Part shown: piece after piece, positions 1-8,394 of the stretch
Layout: every line of letters begins with the position of its first letter
How positions within the stretch are numbered: position 1 is the first letter of the stretch
Origin: a virus
Taxonomy: Duplodnaviria > Caudoviricetes
Direction: 5' to 3' (one strand)
IMG/VR virus record: IMGVR_UViG_3300012921_000005
Coordinates: 1-46,369 of that record
DNA: 46,369 nt
Notes under the pieces: generated by a model
Told to the model about the DNA's origin: nothing
The model's input: the letters and a program-made list of their open reading frames with translations, nothing else
The model's database searches: none
Program-made: the position numbers and the translations under genes

Positions 1-400
1 GAACAGCCGGGTGTATAATTCGAAACTGCTGCCCATTGTCGGTCTCCTGTCTCGTGGTTGGTGGTTCTTCCACGACCAGAATACCGCATTGGGCAGCCTT
101 CCTTAAAACTGTCAGGGTATCAGCATTGTCGCCCCTCAACCGGAATAAACAGCATGAGAAGGCGAACAAGAGCGGCTTTGTCTCGTAGTGCAGAAGGTAA
201 CCCGGCAGGAGCGCCAGCACGAAAAATCCATAGACCGAGCCGACTCAGCTTCTGAGGAGCCCTCAGGAGTACAGCAGCTTCGCCTCTTCAGTGAGCCGTA
301 ACAGCCCGGGCGGTGCTTTCCTCGGCCGCGCAGAACCTACCAGCCGCGCTCGCGGCTGGTTCGGTGTGCCCAGGTTTCAAGATACCGGGAGGGCACAGCG

Positions 401-631
401 ATGGCTCGATTCACGAGCGAGAACGCGTTGGAGCACGGCCGGCGGGGTGGGCACCAGTCGCATCAGCGCCTGGAGGAGCAGTACGCCGATCTCGTACTCA
501 CGAACCCCTCGGCGGCCGGGCGCGTGGCCGAGATCATTCGCCAGGGCTACCGGCTGGTGCTGGCGCTGCGGGTCGTCAAGGTGGTCGACCGCATGAACGA
601 AGGGGGCCGCATGAACGAAGGGGGCCGCTGA
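401..631 (+). CDS. Small protein with KGG-like stress-peptide motif
   Basis: ARFTSENALEHGRRGG resembles the KGG motif (FTSEEAxxAGRKGG). GGAGGG RBS; the stop overlaps the radC start (TGATG). Confidence 0.6.
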   Translation: MARFTSENALEHGRRGGHQSHQRLEEQYADLVLTNPSAAGRVAEIIRQGYRLVLALRVVKVVDRMNEGGRMNEGGR

Positions 632-1296
632 TGCGTATCCGTGAACTCCCCCTCCACGAGCGGCCAGCCAGCCGCATCGCCGACCACGGCCCCGATGTTT
701 TGAGCGACGCCGAGCTGCTCGCCCTGGTCTCCGGCCAGCAGGATCTCGAGGTGTGTGCCCAGTGCCTGCGCGACTACCACGGCTGGATCGGCCTGCTCCG
801 GGCTGACATCCGCGCCGTCTCCGCCAGTATCGGCACCCCGCGCAAGGCCGCGAGCCTCAAGGCAGCACTGGAGATCGGGCGCCGCCTCGCCATCGCCGGC
901 TACGAAGACCGCTTCCAGGTCAAGTCCCCCGCCGACGTCGCCAAGCTGTTCATGGTCGAGATGATGGCGCTCGACCAGGAGGTGTTGTGGGTCGCGGCCC
1001 TTGATACCAAGAATAAGTTGATCAAGGTCGCCAAAGTCTATCACGGCTCGGTGAATACCGCGATGATTCGCGTGGGCGAGGTGTTCAAAGAAGCGTTGCG
1101 GCTGAACGCAACCTCGGTGATCGTCGCCCACAACCATCCTAGCAGCGATCCGGCGCCCAGCCCGGAAGATATTCTTGTTACCAGGCAGCTCGTTGAAGCA
1201 GGAAAACTGCTTGATGTCGAGGTGCTCGATCACCTCATCCTGGCCGGAAACCGATATGTCTCACTTAGGGAGCGAGGGTTAGGCTTTTCCAGCTAG
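631..1296 (+). CDS. radC: RadC/UPF0758 JAB-domain protein
   Basis: ERP...LSDAELLA N-terminus and HNHPSSDPAPSPED...LDHLI JAB motif. Start placed at ATG 631, not 313. Confidence 0.93.
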   Translation: MRIRELPLHERPASRIADHGPDVLSDAELLALVSGQQDLEVCAQCLRDYHGWIGLLRADIRAVSASIGTPRKAASLKAALEIGRRLAIAGYEDRFQVKSPADVAKLFMVEMMALDQEVLWVAALDTKNKLIKVAKVYHGSVNTAMIRVGEVFKEALRLNATSVIVAHNHPSSDPAPSPEDILVTRQLVEAGKLLDVEVLDHLILAGNRYVSLRERGLGFSS

Positions 1297-1307
1297 CATT
1301 TCCCTGA

Positions 1308-1335
1308 TGTCCAGAGTTTTGTCCAGAGTTTTGTC
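1308..1335 (+). repeat. 12-bp tandem repeat TGTCCAGAGTTT x2 plus a partial copy
   Basis: Seen directly between radC and the integrase. Confidence 0.85.
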
Positions 1336-1446
1336 ATATTCTCGAATGCACTTTCTGGCTCTACCCTAGAAAGGAAGCCGCTTCCAACGATCGACTGCGC
1401 TGGCAATCCCTATCTGGCAGCCGCGCAGCCTGAAGAGGAGACGACC

Positions 1447-2643
1447 ATGCCCAAGCGACGCGCCCACGGCGAAGGCACCCTGTCCTACGACGAGAAGCGC
1501 AAGCGCTGGTTCTACTACCTGCCCCGCGACGAGACCGGCGCCCGTCAGCGCATCAGCGGCAAGACCCGGGCGGAGGTGCTGGCGAAAGCCGAGGAGCTCA
1601 AGGCCAAGCGCGCCCAGGGCCTCGACCTCGACGCCAAGCAGCCCACCATCGAGCAGTTCAGCGAGGTCTGGCTGCGCGACGTGGTCAAGCGCACCCGCCG
1701 CGCCAGCACCCACGACGGCTACGAGCAGATGTTCCGTCTCTACATCAACCCCAAGCTCGGCAAGATCCGCCTCGACAAGCTCACCGCCGCCCGCGTCCAG
1801 GGCTGGATCAACATGCTCGTCGACGCCGGCCACAGCGCCGCCACGGTGCGCAACGCCTACCTCCGGCTGCGCGGGATGCTCGACGTGGCGGTGCGCTACC
1901 GCCTGGTCAACGCCAACCCGGCCAAGGAGGTCGACTTGCCGCCGCTCACCAATGACCGCCCGCGTGTGCTCAGCCTCGCCGAGGCCCGTGTGCTGCTCCT
2001 CGCCGCCGACGGCAAGCTCGACCTGCGCAAGCCCTACACGACGAAGAATAGGAGGACCAAAAAACAGCCAAAGCTCGGCACACGCTACGCGCTGGTCTAC
2101 CACCTGCTGCTCGCACTCGGGCTGCGCCGCGGCGAGGGCCTCGGGCTGAGCTGGGATGACCTGGACTGGGATGCGGGGACGGTGCAGGTTCGCCGTCAGG
2201 TGCAAGTGGTCAAGACGAAGGTGGTCGTCAGTGAGTACACCAAGACCGACGCCGGGCGGCGCATTTTGCCGCTTGCGCCTGCGCTCCTTGAGCGTCTTCG
2301 CGCCTACCGACAGAATCAGGAAGAGGAGCGAGCGCTGATGGGGCCGGGCTGGAACGAGCGCGGGATGATCTTTGTTACCGAGACCGGTGCGCCGGTGGGG
2401 CCGTCGAACCTGGCCCGCCACTACCGGGTGCTGCTGATGTGCGCCGGGCTTGGCCGCCTGCGCCTTCACGACCTGCGCCACACCTGCGCCACGCTGCTCG
2501 GCGAGCGGACGAGCGACCGGGTGATCGCCGCCATCCTCGGCCACACGCCGGGCACAGTGACGGCACGGTACGCCAAGGTCACGCTGATCCAGACCCGCGA
2601 GGCGCTGGAGGGGCTGTATAGGGAGTTGACTGCGGCGGACTGA
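1447..2643 (+). CDS. int: Tyrosine integrase
   Basis: N-terminal RRxxGEG arm-binding motif and catalytic residues in GLRRGE, LHDLRHT, LGH and TARY. GAGGAG RBS. Confidence 0.96.
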   Translation: MPKRRAHGEGTLSYDEKRKRWFYYLPRDETGARQRISGKTRAEVLAKAEELKAKRAQGLDLDAKQPTIEQFSEVWLRDVVKRTRRASTHDGYEQMFRLYINPKLGKIRLDKLTAARVQGWINMLVDAGHSAATVRNAYLRLRGMLDVAVRYRLVNANPAKEVDLPPLTNDRPRVLSLAEARVLLLAADGKLDLRKPYTTKNRRTKKQPKLGTRYALVYHLLLALGLRRGEGLGLSWDDLDWDAGTVQVRRQVQVVKTKVVVSEYTKTDAGRRILPLAPALLERLRAYRQNQEEERALMGPGWNERGMIFVTETGAPVGPSNLARHYRVLLMCAGLGRLRLHDLRHTCATLLGERTSDRVIAAILGHTPGTVTARYAKVTLIQTREALEGLYRELTAAD

Positions 2644-2703
2644 GGCGGACTGGAGGGGACTGGGGGGGAAAGGGGAGCAAATGGTACTCACAATGGTACT
2701 CAC
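2634..2703 (+). repeat. Left att-arm repeats: GG(C/G)GGACTG-like x3 (10-bp period) and AATGGTACTCAC x2
   Basis: Direct repeats at 2634-2663 and 2680-2703, between the integrase stop and the att core. Confidence 0.75.
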
Positions 2704-2708
2704 CCCCC

Positions 2709-2756
2709 AAAAACAGGGAAAAAGGACGCGGAACCTCTTGCGAGATTCCGCGTCCT
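2709..2756 (-). terminator. Intrinsic terminator downstream of the tRNA 3' fragment
   Basis: Stem AGGACGCGGAA/TTCCGCGTCCT (2723-2756) followed by T-tracts on the minus strand. Confidence 0.8.
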
Positions 2757-2761
2757 GATGC

Positions 2762-2811
2762 GGAGCGGGCGATGGGATTCGAACCCACGACATTCTGCTT
2801 GGAAGGCAGAT
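2762..2811 (-). other. att core: 3' half of tRNA-Gly(TCC), not a complete tRNA
   Basis: Minus strand reads TCTGC-CTTCCAA-GCAGA (anticodon arm), GTGGG-TTCGAAT-CCCAT (T-arm) and CGCCCGCTCC (acceptor 3' strand). The 5' acceptor strand and D-arm are absent. Confidence 0.9.
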
Positions 2812-2911
2812 ACGAGCACAATTGTGCGCCGCACCATAACGCCATGCATCGCATTAGGACGCGATCGGCTGCGGACTGGCGTGCCCCCGAGGGGACACAT
2901 GCGCCCTCAGC

Positions 2912-2933
2912 GAACAGGTACGGAACAGGTACG
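2912..2933 (+). repeat. Right att-arm repeat GAACAGGTACG x2
   Basis: Tandem 11-mers sharing the GGTAC core with the left-arm repeats. Confidence 0.7.
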
Positions 2934-2934
2934 C

Positions 2935-3087
2935 CTACCGGGGCTCGCGTAGACCCGCCAGCACGTCGAGCAGCGCAGCACGGCCCATCCGCCGGCTGAG
3001 GGCGGCGAGGAGGCAGCGGCAGGCCCAGCGATCGCGGCGGAGCTCGGCGGCGTGGAGGGCGGCGATCAGGTCGGTGGTCGTGGACAT
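2935..3087 (-). CDS. Small hypothetical protein (50 aa)
   Basis: AAAGGAG RBS before ATG 3087. Confidence 0.6.
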   Translation of the reverse strand: MSTTTDLIAALHAAELRRDRWACRCLLAALSRRMGRAALLDVLAGLREPR

Positions 3088-3136
3088 CGCGGTACTCCTT
3101 TCGTGAGGTGTACCGCTGGCGAAGGGTGAAGAGATA

Positions 3137-3170
3137 CGGCGCCCCGATCTCGCGCGAGATCGGGGCGCCG
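3137..3170. repeat. Perfect 34-bp palindrome
   Basis: CGGCGCCCCGATCTCGC|GCGAGATCGGGGCGCCG. Confidence 0.95.
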
Positions 3171-3173
3171 CTA

Positions 3174-3239
3174 TTGCACTACGTTGCAACAAAATACTTG
3201 ACTTGTGGCGTGATTTGTCGTATATATAGCTACGTAGCT
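3174..3239 (+). promoter_or_regulatory. Sigma70-type promoter with upstream TTGCA-N6-TGCAA operator and downstream AGCTACGTAGCT palindrome
   Basis: Operator 3174-3189; TTGACT 3198-3203, 17-bp spacer, TATATA 3221-3226; palindrome 3228-3239. Confidence 0.7.
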
Positions 3240-3273
3240 ACGTGTGCATTGTACTTTACGGCAACGAGGAGGG

Positions 3274-3495
3274 ATGATGCTGACACTGTCCATCCCGGAC
3301 GAGCACCGGACGGAGCTGGCGGAGATGGCCCGGCGGCTTGGGCTGGTGCAGCCCAAGCAGCCCGCCACGCCGAACATCTCGCAGCTCGTGCGCCGCCTGG
3401 CCGACCGCTACCGGGACGAGCCCGAGCCCACCATCGCGCTGCTCGCCGCCGCGCTGAGCATCGACGAGATCGGCCCGCCATCCCCGACCTCCTGA
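3274..3495 (+). CDS. Small ribbon-helix-helix-like regulator
   Basis: LTLSIPDEHRTELAEMARR...NISQLVRRLA strand-helix-helix pattern; GAGGAGG RBS. Confidence 0.6.
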   Translation: MMLTLSIPDEHRTELAEMARRLGLVQPKQPATPNISQLVRRLADRYRDEPEPTIALLAAALSIDEIGPPSPTS

Positions 3496-3615
3496 GCACG
3501 TCGCCCCATCCGTCGTGGGTCGCTTGGACCCGCTCCACGACGAACAGGGCGATGCCGGCGCGGCGACGAGGGTTGCCGGCCGGACCGGAAGTGTACCACG
3601 AAAGACGAGGGACCT

Positions 3616-4677
3616 ATGACCCGCCGGCAGCCCCGCGCGGCCGCCCCGCCGCGCATTGTCTCCGCCGTCCGCTACCTGCCCCGCCGCGGGCAAGCGAGTG
3701 CCGCGACCCGCGACCTCGAGCGCTTCGCCCACGGCGAGCGCTCAGCACCACATCTGGAGGACCTGCCCGATGCGCCGCCCCCCGCGCCCTGGGACTGGGA
3801 GGCCTCCGCGCCGCCGGCCGAGCCGGCGCCGATCCGCCGCGCCACCATCCGCCCGACGCGCCAGCAGCTCCAGGTGGCCGGGGGTGCCGTTGGCCTGGCG
3901 CTGATCCTCATCCTCGGCACCATCGCGTTCAGCTCACAGCTTGCCACCGCGCCCGCGCCCGCGCCGGGGCCCTCGGCTGTGATGCAGCCGACCGACGCCC
4001 CCGCGGCCCCGGCCTTCCCGGCCGCCCCCGCGCTGACGGGCTGGTGGTCGCCCGACGGCGAGCTCGTCACGTTCGACACGTGGCCGGCGATGCGGAGCAT
4101 CTGGGCGCGCTGCGGCGACCGCACCGACATCGTGCAGATCGAGCTGGAGGGCGGCGCCTTTGTCTGGTTCCGCACGGCCGACATCGCGGTAGACCCGGCG
4201 ACGGTGGCCGGGCTCGCACGCGACGTGTGCGCGCCGGCGGCCGCCCCCGCCCCCGCGGACCCGGCGGCGGCGGCCCCGGTCGCCCAGCTGGCGGGAGGGC
4301 TTCCCCCGCCCCCTGCCGCCCCCGCCCCGGACTGCGCGGCGATGCGTGAGACCGACACGCTGGCGACCTTCGCGGCCCGCTGCCCGGTCGAGCACGCCGC
4401 CTTTGTGGCGACGGTGGTGGCCGGCACCGGGGAGGCGTGGGACGGCCTGACCCTGCCGACGCCCAACCCGGCCCGGCTCGGCCCCGGGGAGGCGTACCTG
4501 CCGGCTCCGTTCCCGGCCGGCTACGTCGGCCCGGCCGCGGCGCAGCCCGACCCGGCCTGGGACGCGCAGACCGGCCAGCGCGGGTGCTACACCACGCGCG
4601 ATGCGACCGGCGCCGTCACCTGGGCGGGCTGCCCGGACGACGGGTCGCAGGACGCGCGAGTCCTTGCGATCCCGTAA
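3616..4677 (+). CDS. Single-pass membrane protein, Pro/Ala-rich, with possible extracellular SH3b-like domain
   Basis: TM segment VAGGAVGLALILILGTIAF; ARCGDRTDIVQIELEGGAFVWF beta pattern. Confidence 0.65.
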   Translation: MTRRQPRAAAPPRIVSAVRYLPRRGQASAATRDLERFAHGERSAPHLEDLPDAPPPAPWDWEASAPPAEPAPIRRATIRPTRQQLQVAGGAVGLALILILGTIAFSSQLATAPAPAPGPSAVMQPTDAPAAPAFPAAPALTGWWSPDGELVTFDTWPAMRSIWARCGDRTDIVQIELEGGAFVWFRTADIAVDPATVAGLARDVCAPAAAPAPADPAAAAPVAQLAGGLPPPPAAPAPDCAAMRETDTLATFAARCPVEHAAFVATVVAGTGEAWDGLTLPTPNPARLGPGEAYLPAPFPAGYVGPAAAQPDPAWDAQTGQRGCYTTRDATGAVTWAGCPDDGSQDARVLAIP

Positions 4678-4691
4678 GAAGGAGGTCAGCC

Positions 4692-5591
4692 GTGACGAGT
4701 CGCTATCTGGAGATGGTGCGCGGCCAGCGCCGGCGCGGCGGCGGGTTCCAGTTCAGCGCCAAGGGGCTCCTCGCCATCCTCGCCCTTGTCGCCATGGGCG
4801 GCTCAGCCGTCTACTGGTGGGGCGTGCAATCGCAGCTCACCGACAACACGGTGGTTGCGGTGGCGTTCACCGCCATCCTGGTGCTCGCCCCGCCCAGCCT
4901 GACCAGCTTTCTCATCCCCTGGTCGCCGGGTGGGATGCTGCTCCAAAAGATCAACGCCCGGACGTGGGGCTACGCGGTGATCATCGCCGCCGCGCTCTAC
5001 CTGCTGTACTACTCGTTTGAGATCCAGTACTCGTGGTGGGCCTCGCAGCCGACGGTCGCCTCCACCGGCCTGGTCCTCCAGCAGGTGATCATCGGGATCA
5101 TCGGCTTTATTCTCATCCCCGCCCTGCTCTGGACGCCCGTGACCAGCGAGGAGCTGGTCGAGCAGGTGCGGCAGGCCCACCTGGTGCGCCGCTACGAGCT
5201 CCAAACGCAGGCCGACATCGCCATCCTCCGCGCCACCCTGCTGCGCGCACAGGAGAAGGCCTTGATCGGCTTTGCGAACCTGACGGTTCAGGAGAAGGAG
5301 GAGCTCGCCAGCGTCATGCGCGGCCTGGTGCGCGGGATCGACACGACGCTGCGCGACATCGGCGAAAGCGTGAAGACGGTCTCAGGCGCCGCCGTCCCCT
5401 TCGGCTCGCTGGAGGACAACGACGACATCCGCGGCTACCTGGACTACATCCACGAAAGCCTGACGGATAACGCCCTGCTGCCCCGGCGCGGCGGCCACCA
5501 GATCGCCCAGCAGCCATACCCGGATGACACCTACGCCGAGGATGAGGACGTGCGCAGCCGGATCGAGCGCCGGCGGGGAGACACCCGATGA
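4692..5591 (+). CDS. Four-TM membrane protein with helical C-terminal domain
   Basis: GTG start after AAGGAGG; four hydrophobic segments followed by a coiled-coil-like region. Confidence 0.8.
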   Translation: MTSRYLEMVRGQRRRGGGFQFSAKGLLAILALVAMGGSAVYWWGVQSQLTDNTVVAVAFTAILVLAPPSLTSFLIPWSPGGMLLQKINARTWGYAVIIAAALYLLYYSFEIQYSWWASQPTVASTGLVLQQVIIGIIGFILIPALLWTPVTSEELVEQVRQAHLVRRYELQTQADIAILRATLLRAQEKALIGFANLTVQEKEELASVMRGLVRGIDTTLRDIGESVKTVSGAAVPFGSLEDNDDIRGYLDYIHESLTDNALLPRRGGHQIAQQPYPDDTYAEDEDVRSRIERRRGDTR

Positions 5592-5713
5592 TCACGCTAT
5601 ACCTGTCCGGCCCCCAGCTCCTCCTGCTCGCCGCGGGGGCGACGGCCGTCCTGATCGCCCTGGGGGCCGTGTGCCAGTGGGTCGCCGCGCGGCGGCGGGA
5701 CGGTGGCCGATGA
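5588..5713 (+). CDS. 41-aa single-TM peptide (not in ORF track)
   Basis: MITLYLSGPQLLLLAAGATAVLIALGAVCQWVAARRRDGGR; ATGA overlaps at both ends. Confidence 0.7.
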   Translation: MITLYLSGPQLLLLAAGATAVLIALGAVCQWVAARRRDGGR

Positions 5714-5808
5714 TCGCCATCCTGCTCGCCGCCGCCTGGCTGCTTGTCCCGACACTCACCATCATGGCGCTGCTCTGGCTGCTCTTTGGGCCGCGCCGCA
5801 CTGATTAG
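5710..5808 (+). CDS. 32-aa single-TM peptide
   Basis: MIAILLAAAWLLVPTLTIMALLWLLFGPRRTD; translationally coupled to the previous gene. Confidence 0.65.
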   Translation: MIAILLAAAWLLVPTLTIMALLWLLFGPRRTD

Positions 5809-5821
5809 AAGGAACCGGATT

Positions 5822-6799
5822 ATGCCCGCAGGACACGGCCCGAACCTCGGCCACGGCTACGTGAAGTACGTGGTGATCGACCAGCACGGCGCGGAGCTGC
5901 CGCCCGTCGTCTTCCCGGCGCAGATCGCCCGCGCCGGCCGCCAGGTCACGGGGGCCCTCGGCAACGCCCCCATCGTGGACATCGGCGGCGGGCGCTGGTG
6001 GGTGGGCGAGCACGCCGACCTCGACCGGGCACCACTCACCCTGCTGGCCCAGGAGCGCCTGCAGGACCCGGCCTTTATCCCCGCCCTGCTGCGCGGCGCC
6101 CTCGACCGCTTCGGCACGCTCAACGGCAGCGCCACCGGCCCCTGCGTGACCGGCCTCCCCGCAACCTGGGCGGCCGACCTCGGCATGGCCCGCCAGCTCG
6201 GCCAGCGGCTGCGCGAGGCCTGGGGCTACAGCCAGATCAAGGTCATCCCCGAGCCGCTCGGGCTGGTCTACGCGGCCCTGCTCGACAACGACGGGCAGAT
6301 CGTGGGCGACTCGGCACTCGCCAGCGGGCGGGTGGGCGTGGTCGACCTGGGCCACCTGACCATCGACATCGCCGTGCTGCGCGGCGGGGTGCCCGAGAAG
6401 GACAGCCTGGACACCTGGCAGCTCGGCACCAAGGTGCCGCTGGTGACGATCCGGGGCAAGCTCGCCGCCCAGACCGGGCGCGAGCTGACCATCGTCGAGG
6501 CGGATCACGCGGTGCGGGCGCGGGCCATCCGGGTCGCCGGCCAGGTCCAGCCGCTCCAGAAGGGCTGGGACCGGCCGCTCATCGAGCACGGCCCGAAGAT
6601 CGCCGCCAAGCTCGTCGAGGCGTGGGGCAACGGCGCCAGCCTCGACGCCATCCTGGTCGGGGGCGGCGGGGCGGAGAGCGAGCCGCTGGCCGCGGCCATC
6701 CGCCAGCGCTTCCCCCACGCGCAGATCGTGGACGAGCCACAGACCGCTATTGCCCGCGGCTACGCGCGGCTGGCGCGGCGCATGGGTGGCCAGCGGTGA
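5822..6799 (+). CDS. parM: ParM/StbA-family actin-like ATPase
   Basis: Phosphate-1 NLGHGYVK, VTGLP, connect IPEPLG, phosphate-2 VVDLGHLTID, adenosine LVGGGGA and terminal AIARGY motifs. Confidence 0.9.
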   Translation: MPAGHGPNLGHGYVKYVVIDQHGAELPPVVFPAQIARAGRQVTGALGNAPIVDIGGGRWWVGEHADLDRAPLTLLAQERLQDPAFIPALLRGALDRFGTLNGSATGPCVTGLPATWAADLGMARQLGQRLREAWGYSQIKVIPEPLGLVYAALLDNDGQIVGDSALASGRVGVVDLGHLTIDIAVLRGGVPEKDSLDTWQLGTKVPLVTIRGKLAAQTGRELTIVEADHAVRARAIRVAGQVQPLQKGWDRPLIEHGPKIAAKLVEAWGNGASLDAILVGGGGAESEPLAAAIRQRFPHAQIVDEPQTAIARGYARLARRMGGQR

Positions 6800-7173
6800 G
6801 CGGCCGCGCACCACACATCGGGCTGCGGCTGGGCGCGGATCTCCTTGCGCAGATCCGCGCCATCGGCCCCGACTCGGCGGCGGTCAAAGCGCTGCTCATC
6901 CTCGGGCTGCACGCCGCCGGCGCCGACATCACGCCCTACCGGGCGGAAGCCCGGGCCGCGCTGCTCAAAATCCGCCACGCCGGGCTCCACGACGCGCTCG
7001 ATCGGGCGCTGTTCAACCGGGGTTCAACCGGGGTTCAACCGGGGTTCAACCCGTCCCCGGTGGCGCCGCCCCCCGCCCCGCCTGAGCCCCCGCGCACCGC
7101 ATTTCCACGCGCGGAAACGACCCTGGAAGCGCTGCTGTCCGACCCGCTGGCCGGCGTCGGCCTGGATGTATAG
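6796..7173 (+). CDS. ParR-like RHH adaptor
   Basis: GTGA overlap with parM; N-terminal HIGLRLGADLLAQI...AVKALLILGL; flexible linker and short C-terminal tail. Confidence 0.6.
   Translation: MSGRAPHIGLRLGADLLAQIRAIGPDSAAVKALLILGLHAAGADITPYRAEARAALLKIRHAGLHDALDRALFNRGSTGVQPGFNPSPVAPPPAPPEPPRTAFPRAETTLEALLSDPLAGVGLDV
7011..7052 (+). repeat. 11-bp tandem repeat GTTCAACCGGG, about 4 copies
   Basis: Units start at 7011, 7022, 7033 and 7044 (last one partial). Confidence 0.95.
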
Positions 7174-7182
7174 GAGGGCGCG

Positions 7183-7758
7183 GTGGGTGTCACTGTTCGC
7201 GATCTCAACCCCGGCGGGTCTGCCTCCAGGCCACCAAAGGCCCCCCGCCCGCGCAGCGACCTCTCGCTCTGGCTGGGGTTCATCGGCGTGTGGCTGGCGA
7301 TCCTGGCCTTCTGGCCGCCCTTCTGGGCGGTCAACGGCGGCTTCTCGGTGCAGGGCCTGGAGATCGTCGCCAAGCGCTTCAACGAGGCCGGCGCGCTGGC
7401 CTGGGAGTGGATCAGCCTGCTCACGTTTCGCATCCCGATCCGCGACCTGCCCGGCCTCAACGAGACGCAGCCGCTGCTGCCCTGGGTGGGCGTGGTGTCG
7501 GCGTCCATCTTGCAGATCGTGATTGTGGTGCGGAAGCTGCTGGGCAAGCCCATCCCGACCGTTCTGTGGGTTGCGGGTTCGGGTTTGAGCCTGTATGATG
7601 CGGTCACTACGTTTTTTGGCCTCGGCACGGTGGGCTGGGTCCGCACCGCCGGCACGGCCGTCCAGGGCCTCCTCACCCTCATCCTGACATTCACCGGCGA
7701 GCTCGGGGTGGGCGTCCTGGTCAAGCACACCATCGCCTCGCTGCGACGGAGGGAGTAA
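7183..7758 (+). CDS. Multi-pass membrane protein (~4 TM)
   Basis: AGGAGG RBS; several hydrophobic segments. Confidence 0.8.
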   Translation: MGVTVRDLNPGGSASRPPKAPRPRSDLSLWLGFIGVWLAILAFWPPFWAVNGGFSVQGLEIVAKRFNEAGALAWEWISLLTFRIPIRDLPGLNETQPLLPWVGVVSASILQIVIVVRKLLGKPIPTVLWVAGSGLSLYDAVTTFFGLGTVGWVRTAGTAVQGLLTLILTFTGELGVGVLVKHTIASLRRRE

Positions 7759-7761
7759 CGT

Positions 7762-8394
7762 ATGGAGCAGGTCGACGCGGCGCAGATCCACAGCGCGGTG
7801 ACGTTTGGCTTCTGGCTGGCCGTCGCCCTCTTCCTGTACTTCTTCCTCGGCCACGTCGAGGAGGACGGCGGCCCGACGCGCCTGAGCCGCTGGCTGGCGG
7901 CGTGGCGCGAGCCGCGCGCTGTCAATCGTTCCACGTCGGCCGCCCCCGATTATGACAACCGCGCCGGCCGGGATGCCGCCCCGCGATCCGCGTTTCCGGC
8001 GTCCGCGCCTACGGAAACGGAAAAACGCGCGGAAGCGGAAACGGCGGAAACCGACCCCGACCGGGTTGTCATGCCCCGCGAAACCTTTGACAGGCTGCTG
8101 GCCCAGGCCCGGGCACAAGGCTACCTCGACGGCGGCGCGGACGTGTTCGGCGGCCTGCTCGGCGGGGGCTACCTGGCCCAGGTTGAGGCCGACAAGCAGA
8201 TCACGGAGGCCAAGACCTTCGTGTTCGTGGACGCCGACGGCAAGCCGGCGAGCGGGCGGACCATGACCGCGGTGATCAACCCGCGCATCCGTGCGGCCGA
8301 GGCCCGGGCGCGGGCCCGCCGCCCCGAGGTGCCCGAGGAGCTGCGCGTCGTCGGCATCAACGCCCACGGCGAGCGGCAGGAGGTGCCGCTGTGA
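7762..8394 (+). CDS. N-terminally anchored membrane protein
   Basis: TM segment VTFGFWLAVALFLYFFLG followed by a soluble domain. Confidence 0.75.
   Translation: MEQVDAAQIHSAVTFGFWLAVALFLYFFLGHVEEDGGPTRLSRWLAAWREPRAVNRSTSAAPDYDNRAGRDAAPRSAFPASAPTETEKRAEAETAETDPDRVVMPRETFDRLLAQARAQGYLDGGADVFGGLLGGGYLAQVEADKQITEAKTFVFVDADGKPASGRTMTAVINPRIRAAEARARARRPEVPEELRVVGINAHGERQEVPL

Noticed and set aside
1-301. Short lower-GC ORFs at the window start
   Set aside because: All frames are short or truncated and no product is recognisable.
290-400. Group II intron end or retron ncRNA
   Set aside because: GAGCCGTA is not followed by a domain V/VI pattern and no RT gene is present.
313-630. N-terminal extension of RadC in the ORF track
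   Set aside because: RadC similarity starts at ATG 631, and the 401-631 frame has its own RBS and coupling.
1366-2793. Long antisense ORFs (also 5762-6814, 13994-15580, 20592-23270, 32982-34964 and most of 38102-40948)
   Set aside because: These are shadow frames of high-GC genes with no motifs or RBS. Only 40526-40948 of the last one is kept.
2762-2840. Complete tRNA-Gly gene
   Set aside because: The 5' acceptor strand and D-arm are missing, so it is treated as an att fragment.
3616-8394. Canonical conjugation (T4SS or TraB) module
   Set aside because: No Walker-type coupling ATPase, VirB4 or relaxase motif is present; the only NTPase has an actin fold.
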